64,000 bases of DNA from Lingula anatina (lineage: Eukaryota; Animalia; Brachiopoda). This document shows, piece by piece, positions 52,595-64,000 of the stretch (its first letter is position 1; the number at the start of each line of letters is the position of its first letter). Made by a program: the position numbers and the translations under genes. The notes beneath the pieces are model-generated. The model did not search any database and was not told where the DNA came from. It was given only the letters and a program-made list of their open reading frames with translations. The stretch is taken from the NCBI GenBank assembly GCA_051362555.1, contig CM120648.1, forward strand, positions 14,752,587-14,816,586, written 5' to 3'.

Positions 52595-55500
52595 AATTCG
52601 TCCTTTACAATCGCGGAGGTGACACAAGTCGTTCAGGGTATGGCCAGGGTGCGGGTCAGCGTCATTTGTCAATAAAAAGCATGGAACTTTCACTTTCTCT
52701 CAGCCTTTCACAGAAACAGATATCTCAAGCCATCTCGGGACTTACTTGACCATTGCATGAACCAATATTGCAGGGATAGTCCGTTCTCCGTCTAAACTAA
52801 AAGTATTTCAATGTCTCAATAAGTAAAAAAATGATTTACCAGTAATTGAGTGGGTTGAAGCCCAGAGAAGTATAGCCACATTTTAATATCTCGTTAGTTA
52901 TTTTGTTTTACTACGTACCATATTTACATCTCAACTGATCTGGCCAAGTTAAAACTGATGATACCGAGACCTTTAACCGGCGGTGACGGTATAACTGTAG
53001 AAGCAAATTGCCGGAGAATGGTGCCGGCTCTCCCGGGGTCTCATGATTAATGTGCAGAACGGTGGTTGAAATCTCGTTGGTTTAAATCTCGTGTCCTGTA
53101 TGTCACTGCTGGTAACACAGAAGATCGGTGTTTGAAAATTAACTTTGATTTTAAACGAGGACATTTATGTTAAAAATCACCAATGCGTAAGGTTAGATAT
53201 GTGATACGAAAAGACAAAACTTTAATGTCGGGGTAAACCGCAGTTGTAAAGCACAGGCCTGCATGTTTCAAAGTACACGCAATATCATGCACGTCATGAC
53301 ATTAGTCGTTTTACCTGTGGTTTTGATAAAAGAAACAACACAGCACGTGAGACTGTGAATTTTATTATGCATGGTCATATCGCAAGTGGCCTCGATTCTC
53401 ATACATATTTTTAAAATTTTTGCCGTGAATTCAGTAAAATGTCTAGAAAGTAGTACAAAGAAGATGGTTCCGATAATAGTTGTCGTCTATCATCAGAGTC
53501 TGTCGGTAACGGCTGAAACTGTACATTAACTTAAAAGACAGGTTCTCATGTAAAATGACTGCGTTTTTCCATTTTTAATCTATATGTAAAAATAGGCTTT
53601 TCTAAGTAAATCAATCAACGTGATATGCCGTTCACAGACCGCCTAGGTAGATGATCAATACGTGGCAGGAACACCGACAGGGACCTTAATGCCATCTGAC
53701 CTTGACGTGCAGCGGCCATCTCAAGAAGAAAAAAACAAGTCGCTGTTTTCCAAAAGGTTTATCTCCATCAAGATCTCTAATCTAGGCCACCTACTACGGT
53801 TCAGACAATCACACCAATACGGGTAGCAACAACAAATTGTAATTGCAGTCCAGCTTTTTATGGAAGACGTTTTTCTAGCATTATCCCTGAATTGTGATTA
53901 GCACATCTGAAAGAATCTCACTCACAAACAACGTCTTCGAATTGTTAAAACACAAAATCTTCCCAAGTCGTCGGCTTTGTAATTATTGTCAGGTTTCGCT
54001 GTGTGTAACGACTGTAGGGCCCCTACTGCATGGCACACGGACACACGTGCACTTGCGAAACTCATGTACATTAATAAATTGGGTGGTGCCGTTGTCGTGC
54101 GCACTCTTTGACTAAAACCTTGGTACATCGGCATGCTCCTATACATGTATAGTGCAGTGTAGGAGCAGCAGGGTCTCGTTACAGGTGCTGAACCGAGCTC
54201 ATACTAACACATACTAATTGTACAGACCAATTTCTTTTTAGTGTCAAAGATGTGAGTTAAATCAACAAACACTGGGGAATTGAAGACACCCCAAAGGAAG
54301 GCAAAATATCTTATGTTCCTTTTCCTGTTCATGGCTGTAAAATGAACTGGGTACGTGGCATCTGCTTCTGTGGGTCACGGGAACTCTCCTTCCTATTGGA
54401 AAATGAATAGAACCGACACTTTGTTTTGGCTAAGGGGTTGGTGGATCGCCGCGCCCCTTTCGCTTTTCGTTTTAAACGATTTATAATGTCGCCCAATGGG
54501 TTGATCTGTCTATTCCCTGATAGCGTTATCAACCTTAATAAGAAGTAATGTTGCGCTCAGGCGTACATAAATGGCAACGCCACAAAGCGCTGATTCACCA
54601 CACATAATGGAGCGCACCGATAGCGTTAAAATCAGCGGTACTCTGCGATCTCAGCAAACGTGATTTAATCGTAGATAATTCAGCGAGTGGCAACAGGACC
54701 GTGTTAACCAAGTGATGGACTGTAGATAATGTTACATGTAATCAAGTTAGTTTTCCCCTTTGTGGGTTGCATTTAAAGGCGTCCAGATTAGGGTGAAACT
54801 CACAAAATGTGGAGTGAACGGAATAACCTGGTAATGAATAAATTATCAACATTCTATGATGCCATACTCCTGTTATCATTAAACATATAAATTGAAGGTT
54901 ATAAAAGCCTGAAAAAGTAGGAGTGCAAAATATCCCTCTTTTCCCACTACGAAAAAATATTATCATTACTATCATTATTTATTCATTACTTAATTTTATT
55001 TATCTATTTTATCTATCTTATTTTTTATCTATTTTATTTATCGTTATATGTTTATTTTTTGTATATTTTATGTATATTTTCAATAATTGCTCTTTTTTTT
55101 TTTTTTTTTTTTTTGTCTTACTGTAAAGTAAGGGACCCGGCTTTACATTTGCCAATTACAATGCACGAACCGTTGACAATAAAAAGGCATTGTTCATTTA
55201 CTGGCATTAGATATAAACCACGGCGTCAAGGCAGTAGACTATCACCACGCCAGCATTGTGTAACAGTGTCGATGTCAGTATGAGCTGATGAAGACATGTA
55301 CATCTGTGGTCAGCACTCAGTCTACCAAAACATGGGATCGGCCTTCATTGGTCCTGCATGAGACATTGGGTTTTAAAGCATTTACCCGATATTATTATGT
55401 CCTGTGGCTCAGACATTTGCCAGATACTGTAAAGAGATAAGTTTGACACCTTACGACAAGCAGACTCTACGCCAATTCATTTCCGCTTCCTTCTATTTGT

Positions 55501-58500
55501 CTTCAGACGCACCCGATTTAGCAATAATTTAAAGCATTTCGAACCTTAAATCTTGAGATATCTTAAGTATGTAAATACGCAATGAGTATGCCCTTTCCAT
55601 CATCTACTCCAAATCTACCCAGCACTCAAGTGTGAAAAATTACGCACTTTACTGTCATAAACGTCCTAATGGCGTTACTCAGCATGCCTGGCTCAACATT
55701 GGAAAATGAGACGTAATTTCAATGATAGGGCTGAATTCCTTTTACTTACATTGAATCGCGTTATGGTACGAGACTTTCATCTTACATAATTCAATAAAGA
55801 TAATAGGCTGGAGCACAATGAATTGATATGATTAGCGGCGGTGGAAAGTCTCTTCCACGCGGTACACCAGGCCGGTAAGCGCCATATGGTCGTCTTAATA
55901 ACCGTACTGCAAGACGGCGTGGTGTTTGGCAGCAAAGTGCGTTTATATCAGTCGTAAAGACGCTGTAAAGTTATCAATCACAATTGTACTTTCGGGTCCA
56001 TCTGGCTGCCTCCAAATATAGAAGATATTCTGTTCGATTACGATATCAGAAATCCTGAGAAAATATGTTCCCGAAAAGCGCTCGTCTTTTACAGTCTTGC
56101 GGCTATCTAAAAAAGCTTTGTTCAATCACCAATTAAACAATCGCTGACCAAATGCCCACTTAAGACATGAGATTGAATTGTAAAATTCATCATGAGTTTT
56201 ACTAGTTACATGTAGCTTGATGTTCATTTTACAACTTTTGCAATTCTTTTGTCGTTAGACTACGACCTTATGCACAAACGCTGTCTTCTGGTCGCACATT
56301 TTGTGGAGAGCATTTAATGCTTCCAGCGCTTTGCCTCCATTTCTTTCGAATAAACGTTGTTAAAAAAATCTCAGAATAGGATTCAAGATACTACACCTTC
56401 AACAAGGGATCCCTCCCCTGAACATCAAAAGTACCTCGTTTCCTCTTCCCTTCTCCCTCTCCAAAAACAAAACAGAAAACAATTAAACAAGTGAAGAAAG
56501 ATGAAACTGCAGTCCAGCCTCACGGGAAAATGTTAGCATTGTGTTCTACCGCCCGTCACATGGCGGGCTCCCTGTGTCAGTTGACACAATGGCGGGATTT
56601 AAAGTCGAGTTATGGTTGAGAGTTGTCATGGGTTAAGTACAGCGTTTTTTGTCATTTTTTTCCGACTTTTTCCGCACATCTCGGATTGAGACATGTACAG
56701 TGCCGGCCCTAAGCCAAATCACGGTGCTTCCCAACCCCACTAGCCCGCGGGTATCAAGTAACTTCTTCAGCTTCAACTTGCAGGACAGAACTGGCTAGGA
56801 TATTTGCGTTTCTTATCGTCAATGCCATTTTGACCTTTTCCTGTCCAAGAAACAAAATAATTCAGCGGCTCTATTATGTTTAGCAAATTGCTGAGTGCTA
56901 AAAGCATTATTTCCTTTTCTGTCAAATCGAAGGTTGGTCTAAGGGAAAGAAAACAAATACCTTTGCACTTTCTATCACTGTCCGTGCCTAACAATAACCA
57001 AATACGACACCAAATAACGACATCAATCACCCACTAATGGATTGAAATCACGCATGAAATGGAAGGGAGATAACAAATAAAGATAGGATCAGTAGCGGTG
57101 CTCATCCTCCTTCCCCTGCATTTAATATCCTCTCCTACGCCAATACCGATTCATTCCACGTGCAATAAATGCCCAAACGTCGCACACAAAGACTAATGGA
57201 CGGATAGCGTTATTAATAACGCCGACACTGTCCACTGGAAAATAAGGCCATTTATTTACTGCAAAGAGATTCAATTCACCGGTCCAATTGATTGTTTCGG
57301 TCTGAGTAGATAAAGATGACAAATGCCCAATGTCCAATTCAGAGTGTAACGTGTGAAGACACATAGACCGCTCTGCGTGAGTTCATTAGAAAGAATTACT
57401 GTATGGGAAATGGCAAAGTCAGATAAGTATATTTGCAAGAGAGCAAAAGGGAAGATTTTTCATCCACAGAACAACTTCTATCACTTTTTAGGAGAAAGTA
57501 TGGCGTACAAAGACAAATATGGAAAACGGTGGGAGGGCGCATTTCAACTAGAACAAGTTACTAGACTTACGTATTGATAGTGATACGTAGTTTGTTCCCA
57601 ACAAATTCTTGTTCAATTTTAGATCTTTCATTTTATCCTTTTTTTAACTTTCTGACTTTAATTTAGGCATCAGTCTCTGTATTTTGACCTACAGCATGCA
57701 AGCCTGGCCTACGATGCACCACTCCCCACTTTGGTCGGATCCAAAAATTGAATACACTCGTGTACGTGCCCTACCTTTCTCCGAAGCAAGAGCTTTGTTC
57801 TATTCATGTCTTACATTTTCACCATGTGTAGTAATGTAGTTTGTGAGGAGGCATACCGTTGAGACGCAATTATGTGCTTTTTTGTGGACAAAAAGAAGAT
57901 TTGAGACAATAAAATGCTGCAAATGGTGCTTTAAGAAATCAGAATCATAATTTCGGTATATCTAAACGTTATGGCGTAGAGTAAAATGAAATGCTCACAT
58001 ACGGTGACAGTGGAAATCTATCTGGTTTCTTGAAATATTGTCATGTGTAACATGCAAAAGTCGCATTAGAAGAAATTGTATCAAGTTTGGCTAAAAGCTA
58101 TTTACCAGTCTTACACTGTCTCTGGGGGTATAGTCAAACCATAGGATGAGCAAGAACCTGCTGCAAAGGTCGTTCAGTTTGGGAAAACCTAAATAACCCC
58201 TTTTAATGTCTCTCCTCGCCATGGCTATTTTCAGTCCCCAAGGTTTATCTAAAAGATAGCTAGGGTCAAGTTACAATTGTAATTTCTAGAAATAACTTTA
58301 TGTATGTTTTATAAGAAACCAAAACATAAAACACACATTCAGGAATATCGATTAAATCCGGCAAAATTGGTCTGCAGTTAGATTCACTCCGGTCACTGAG
58401 GCACACACAGTGAAACTTGTCCGCAAAATATGGTTATTTTTCTCTATACGTGGCTGACCTGTCACGGCTGGTCTGAACATTGTGCCTGCTTGACTTGACG

Positions 58501-59038
58501 TCAAGTTTTGTACAATATCTCAGTCAAGAAGATATAATCCTACCTCTTAATATTGCTGCAAGTATTTCACTATGCCTTTATTATGCCTTCAGATACAAGA
58601 GTATTACTGATACCTCATTAAACATATCAGTTCCATGCCAAGAAAAGGCTACTGACATCTTGTAGATATGTGCTAAATATTACAACTCTTTAGGAAAAAA
58701 GCCTCAAGTCCGTCATTGGCCTTAGGAGAGTTAAATCTTCAGACGCAATGCTTTTCTGTTACCATGATAAACTCACTTTAAAACCATAATTAACACGCGT
58801 AAAATACTGTAAGTCTCCGATGACTTGGGTTAGACAGTGTGGTGAGAACGTAGTTAGAGAATCAACACAGAAACAAACACAACGGCACGCGGGTCTTATT
58901 AACTGTAGACTTACCATTTGCCCTGAGTAGGACAGTTTGACTGTGTTCTGATTCCCCAGAGGTGCAGTGGTGACACACAATGTGACAGCAATTACTGTAA
59001 ATAAAAAGACGGTGTGAGTGCTCTCCCGGGGACACACG

Positions 59039-59210
59039 CCGGTGTGACAGGAAGGGTAGTCCGCTAGGAAACACACTCAGTTCCCCATTACTTTGTACAG
59101 GTGTCATTCGTCCCATTTACTAACCCCAATACTCCGACTAACCCTAACCTGTACTAATCATATTGGAGTCCGGACTTCAATTCCTAGGACTACCATTCCT
59201 GTCACACCGG
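59039..59210. mobile_element. 172-bp MITE with 24-bp TIRs and an internal CTAACCCTAACC motif
   Basis: CCGGTGTGACAGGAAGGGTAGTCC / GGACTACCATTCCTGTCACACCGG (23/24 match). Related copies at ~22482-22624 and a fragment near 30766-30815. Confidence 0.8.
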
Positions 59211-60183
59211 TAGTTTTTAAGAGTTTAAAAAGATGATCAAATTTCTCGAATAAAATGATGAAATTCTTTCAGCAATGTTTTGGCAAATAGAAGGCGGGGG
59301 TTTTCAGTGTTCGTATTTTAATGTTTCAACATTATTTCCAATTTAATGTTAATCTTAATGTTATTTAAAATGAAAGTATTGGTTGAAAACACGATATAAG
59401 CATATTATTGGAAGTATCGACATATCAGTGGACGCGACAGATGAGCTATATTCTCGGAATGTTAAACTGGTGTATTCCTTGATCTGAAAATAAAAGATTC
59501 GGCTCACTAAAAGACAATTGCCTGTGCCTTTCAAGACTTAAAACAGCCACGGTGCAAGATTATTGTTACTGTCTTAAATTTTTTATTCAGTTTTTAGATA
59601 CCCTGCACAATTAATCTTAACGTTTGAAATCATGACATCCTTTGCACGCGCTGGGAAAATGCATTTCCTCCGTCATCGAGGATTATTTATTTTGTCTTGT
59701 AATTGTTCGACTTTTCACTTATAAATTTGAGGACATTAAATTATATCATTCTACAGACACATCTAACCTTGATAATGTTATCTTCTTTTGGTACATGTAA
59801 TGATTGTGATATTCAGCGTCGTTATCTTAGCCCAATTCCATGCAAATATAAGTACAAACTACCTGCTTCTTCCTCGGCAACAAACCACAGACAATAAACA
59901 CACCCTAGGACAGGTGACAAAAGTAAAGCACTTCCGGTGTTCTACTAAAGACTTCATAATACCATTTCTAACGACATTTACAAAGAAAATGAAATGGCTT
60001 TTTTCATTAAACGCGTAGACTGCTGATGTCATAAGATGACGTACGTCGACAAAGATTCAATTTCCTTTACTGTTTCTTTTTTCTAAACCTTACATTTCTA
60101 GATAAATAGTTTTTCAATGTTCTTTCGAATGTGATTTTGATATAACAGCACCAATATCAAACATTCTCCACCTCTCTTTCCAG

Positions 60184-60739
60184 TCTGGAGACGACGCTGG
60201 CTCTGATGACGTCAGTCGAGAACTGGACACTCTTGGTCAGGGCTACGCCCCTAGCATGTATGGCCGCCAGCTGGACAACCTAGGGCAGGGCTTCGTCCAT
60301 TCCATGTACGGCAGGGAGTCCGAAGATGGCGACGAGGCGAACGCAGAGCCAGTGGACGAGGCAGAAGAATGGGGGAACGTTGCAAAACGACCCTTCGATA
60401 AGATCGGAAGCGGCCGGATGGCCTCCTTCGTGAAACGCCCCTTCGACAGAATCCAGAGCGGCCGCATGTCGTCTTTTGTCAAACGACCTTTCGACAGGAT
60501 CAACGCAGGCAGGTTGGCGTCCTTTGTCAAACGACCTTTTGACAAAATCGGCAGTGGACGACTGGCTTCTTTCGTCAAACGCCCCTTTGACAGGATAGGC
60601 GCAGGGAGAATAGCTTCTTTTGCGAAACGACCATTCGACAGAATCGGCGCCGGCCACATGTCATCTTTCGTGAAACGTCCATTCGACAGAATCCAAAGTG
60701 GCGCCATGGCGTCTTTTGTCAAAAGAGAAACTTCAAAAG
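60184..60739 (+). CDS. Main peptide-coding exon of a pedal peptide/orcokinin-family neuropeptide precursor
   Basis: Acceptor CCTCTCTTTCCAG|TCT (phase 0) and donor AAAG|GTATTA (phase 1). Translation: SGDDAGSDDVSR-ELDTLGQGYAPSMY-GR-QLDNLGQGFVHSMY-GR-acidic spacer-KR, then 7 KR-separated 14-mers PFD(K/R)IxxGxxxSF(V/A). The repeats differ mostly at synonymous positions. The FDxI..G...F motif is characteristic of pedal peptide/orcokinin peptides. Confidence 0.93.
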
Positions 60740-61025
60740 GTATTATTTCTATGAGAACAACGTTTTAAATGGTTTATCTTTTCAATGACCTTGATGCCGT
60801 GCGTTGGCCCTGAAAAATTTCACTTTCATCTGCGGCTCAAACTGACTTTATTTCTAGTAATAGTACTTCGACATTTGTGAAAGTTTAAGATTATATCAAA
60901 TAATTATACAGAAAATTCCTTTAGATTGGATTTGTGTAAACTGTAAATGTCAAATTACCCCCTAGATTGAAGGCCGTCGGGTGAATTAGATATGATAATA
61001 AGTCTTTAACTTTATTTTGTTACAG

Positions 61026-61057
61026 AGATTAGCCAAAAGGAAACTGCCAAGGCATAA
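61026..61057 (+). CDS. Probable last coding exon of the precursor (E-ISQKETAKA-stop); exon likely continues to 61096
   Basis: Acceptor TTTATTTTGTTACAG|AG is compatible with the phase-1 donor at 60740. TAA at 61055-61057. Donor TAG|GTGAGC at 61097. Confidence 0.65.
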
Positions 61058-62742
61058 AAGTCACCAGAAAAAAAATGTCCCACTTCAATTCTTTAGGTGA
61101 GCAAAAAAATGACAATTTGATTAATGTTTGGGGTTTTTAACTTCAATTTTTCATTTTACAAATTTTATTTGTAGTATGTTAATTAAAATTAACGACTGGA
61201 CTTTTAATCGATGTCTTCTAGCATATATTATTTGTTTGTTTGTTTGTTTGTTTTTGTTATTGTTTTTGTTTTTTGTCATTGGCGCTGAGTAGAATACAGT
61301 CCAAGTGACTATCAGATCTAAGCGTTTTGCAGTCATGTGTTGGCAGTCAGTCAGTGCGCCGGGGACTTGTTGGTTGTTCTCTGACTAGTTTTCACTGTGT
61401 CAGTTCTGACAGGAATCTTGTTGTCCATCTTGAAAGAAATGCCCGTTAGAAAACTCTTGAATGCTTCCCTCCTACCAAAGGTACTGTTTCTGCTAAGGAG
61501 CTTCAGGTGTAGTTCCATACACTATAACTCCAAGAACAATTAAAATGTAATAGTTGAAACGCAGGCCAGCTTGTTCAAGATAGCTTAAAACAGAGAGGTG
61601 ATCATTCCTTTCCCTGTTAAAATCATTTTCCAATAAACGTGATTAGTAAGACAAACAGACAAGCATTGTCTTGTATGCTAGAAACAGCAAAATGCTTTTA
61701 GATATACGTAATCAGTAGTAATCCTCAACCCACACACTGGCAGGCGTGGACTTCCCACCACTAACCTCAGCCTCCGTGCTTTATTATCTCCATTCCTCGT
61801 ATTCTTCCACACAAGTTGCACACAAGTCGTAAATGAAGCTATCTTTACGACTTGGATGTCGGTCATAATGACGAAGAGATCATATAAATGAGGTTAACGT
61901 TGTTAGAAATGATGTCACGGTTAGAAGTGTCGTGTCTTTATGATGTACTGCACATACAGACCGCTAATTTGCTCCCATATAAACGAAACGTCGGTTCAGT
62001 TAACGTACGATCTGGCCGACATATGTAATTGTATTTCTTTGGTTTTAAGAGACACCACCTATCTCGGCGCAGTGCGGCACGCCTTATCACAACATGAAAT
62101 CTGGTTTAATCTATTTAATATCTGGTTTAATCTAATTAATTTTAATATTTCCTGCATTTGTCTGATTTTATCGATCTTTTAGAAGAAACTTTTTAACTTA
62201 CACTCGTGTGTATAGATAATGTTGTACACCACCGAGATGTTTGTAATAATCTGAAGTGCTATTTTTCCGCGTTGGGACTCTCTTTTTCTCTTTTAACTCC
62301 AAAGATTTTCCTAGAATGCGGGAACACTAATTTTATCACACTGGAAAAAAAAAAGTTAAAGAACTCAAGGGCAGCTTTAGCGCACATTTTGTCTTGTCCA
62401 ATTATAAGGCAATCAAATGCCAACAGTGTAGCGTATTAATGATGATAATCTACGAGGAAATCAAAGTATTGGATAAGAGTGTACAAAGGATGTCTCTTTA
62501 ACAGCTACTAAAAGAGTTGACTTTTCTAGTGAGGTTCCCACCTTGATGTACCGCTAACTCATTTATCAAATAAACAGTTGTTCCGTAAACTCTGTAATTG
62601 GAATGCGCTGTAAATATACCTATATACCTAGATCTGTTAAGCGCCGAACTCCACTCAGGCAAATCTAAAGTATTTTCATTTCTAATACTCAACTCTAATC
62701 GAAGGACATCTTTTGATTTTTTTTTTTCTTATTTCATTTCAG

Positions 62743-63880
62743 TTGTACAATTGCAAGAAAATTGAGACTTTGAGACCGTTTGCACACCTTCCGAGACTTC
62801 TGACACCATATCAAGGAACTCAGAGAGTGGGACTACCACATTACGGCTTCTAGGATTACATGAGCAATGGAAGAAAATAACCTTCGATGCACAATTAACT
62901 ATACATAGACATTCACTTTATTTTACCAATTAGGAATCAATGTAAATTATGACTTTTTATACACGGAAGAGGTTGCACAGATCTAGTTTCTATTGATCTC
63001 AAAGTGAAGCTATAGAACTTTTCATTACATAATCTTTGAATGCTGTGAACGTTCTGTGATGCGTTGGAAGGACCTTCCGTTTGTAGACAACGGTAATATT
63101 GTTACTTCACTGGCCTCAATATCGGTTAATTGATTCCTCTCTCCGCTCCCATGTCTCGGTTTCAATGGAAATACCGCATACATTGAGTGGTAGTCTTTTG
63201 AGAGTCTATCTCTATAAAAAGAGGGCACAGATCAATTATGATTATGGCCGGAATAGGTGAAACGTTGATACCGGATTTACTCGAGGGAAAAAAGCTGGTT
63301 CATTACTTTGAAGAAGAAACGCCACCCTTCCCTGTCTGCACATTTAAATACTCTTGAAAAATGACAGTCGGAGCAGAGAGTGCAAGCGAATAACCGATAA
63401 AAAATCCGATCAAAAATCTATTTCGATATATCGTATCAATATGATATTAATGTTTGTGCGGGTCTTGTAAGGTTAATAGCGCAAGTTTTGTAGAAGTAAT
63501 ACTATCTGTTGCAAGACCAAGGATTTACACACGTCTATGTAACAAAAATGTTTTTAAAAGTAATATAGAAAATAGACCTTGCCTTTATTAAATCAGTTCA
63601 CAGTGTGCATTATTTAACCGATTCACGTCAAGCATTAAGTTTTTGACAAAAATCTACTACATTTAAATGAGTCATGAAACAGGCGTTCTTTATCCGCACT
63701 TTAATAAGATATTTTATTGAAAATCATTTAGATATACGATGTCAGTGCGCTAGCCCCCACTTTTAAACTATAAAAAAAATGTTAAGGTACTATTGAAAAA
63801 AAGAAACAATTTTAATGATTAACTTTAAATGATTTTGCCGATGCTTGGTGAATAATAAAATAAATTCTGGGAATGGTCTG
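62743..63880 (+). other. Probable 3'UTR terminal exon of the neuropeptide gene
   Basis: Strong acceptor TTTTTTTTTTCTTATTTCATTTCAG|TTG at 62742. Overlapping AATAAA signals at 63854 and 63859. The 3' end is uncertain. Confidence 0.45.
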
Positions 63881-64000
63881 TCTTTACTTTATTAATTGTA
63901 AACTGTATGTTGGATGAAATTATAATCTTGAAAGTACATATATGTATAGTCTGAAACGAGCATAAAACTCTTGTAGCGTATACAACATAAATTGTTATTG

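Noticed and set aside
60243-60722. Minus-strand ORFs of 159 and 125 aa with periodic LSKGR motifs
   Set aside because: Antisense shadows of the repetitive neuropeptide exon. Synonymous variation and splice sites fit the + frame.
60256-60768. ORF-track 170-aa protein as a complete gene
   Set aside because: It starts at an internal Met inside a peptide, lacks a signal peptide and runs through the donor at 60740 into intron.

Overview
AT-rich, gene-poor animal genomic DNA. It is most likely lophotrochozoan (probably mollusc), inferred only from the neuropeptide family and repeat landscape. The one well-supported host gene is a + strand pedal peptide/orcokinin-family neuropeptide precursor that the ORF track captures only partly. 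I reconstruct it as a CCAAT/CRE/TATA-like promoter (~39190-39290), a signal-peptide exon (39513-39578), a ~20.6 kb intron, the main peptide exon (60184-60739), a short terminal coding exon (61026-61057) and a probable 3'UTR exon from 62743, giving ~217 aa. The precursor encodes seven different KR-flanked PFDxIxxGxxxSFV/A 14-mers and two GR-terminated (predicted amidated) xLDxLGQG..SMY 14-mers that share the same 48-nt repeat frame. The rest is mostly DNA-transposon material: a 6.7 kb long-TIR element with a decayed, possibly RING-containing transposase and a nested PIF/Harbinger insertion, a full-length but dead Tc1 in the neuropeptide intron, an older Tc1 relic, and several MITE families. There are also mini/microsatellites and a local triplication with a near-identical core. 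No rRNA, tRNA or CRISPR features were found. All calls are by eye; no searches were run.
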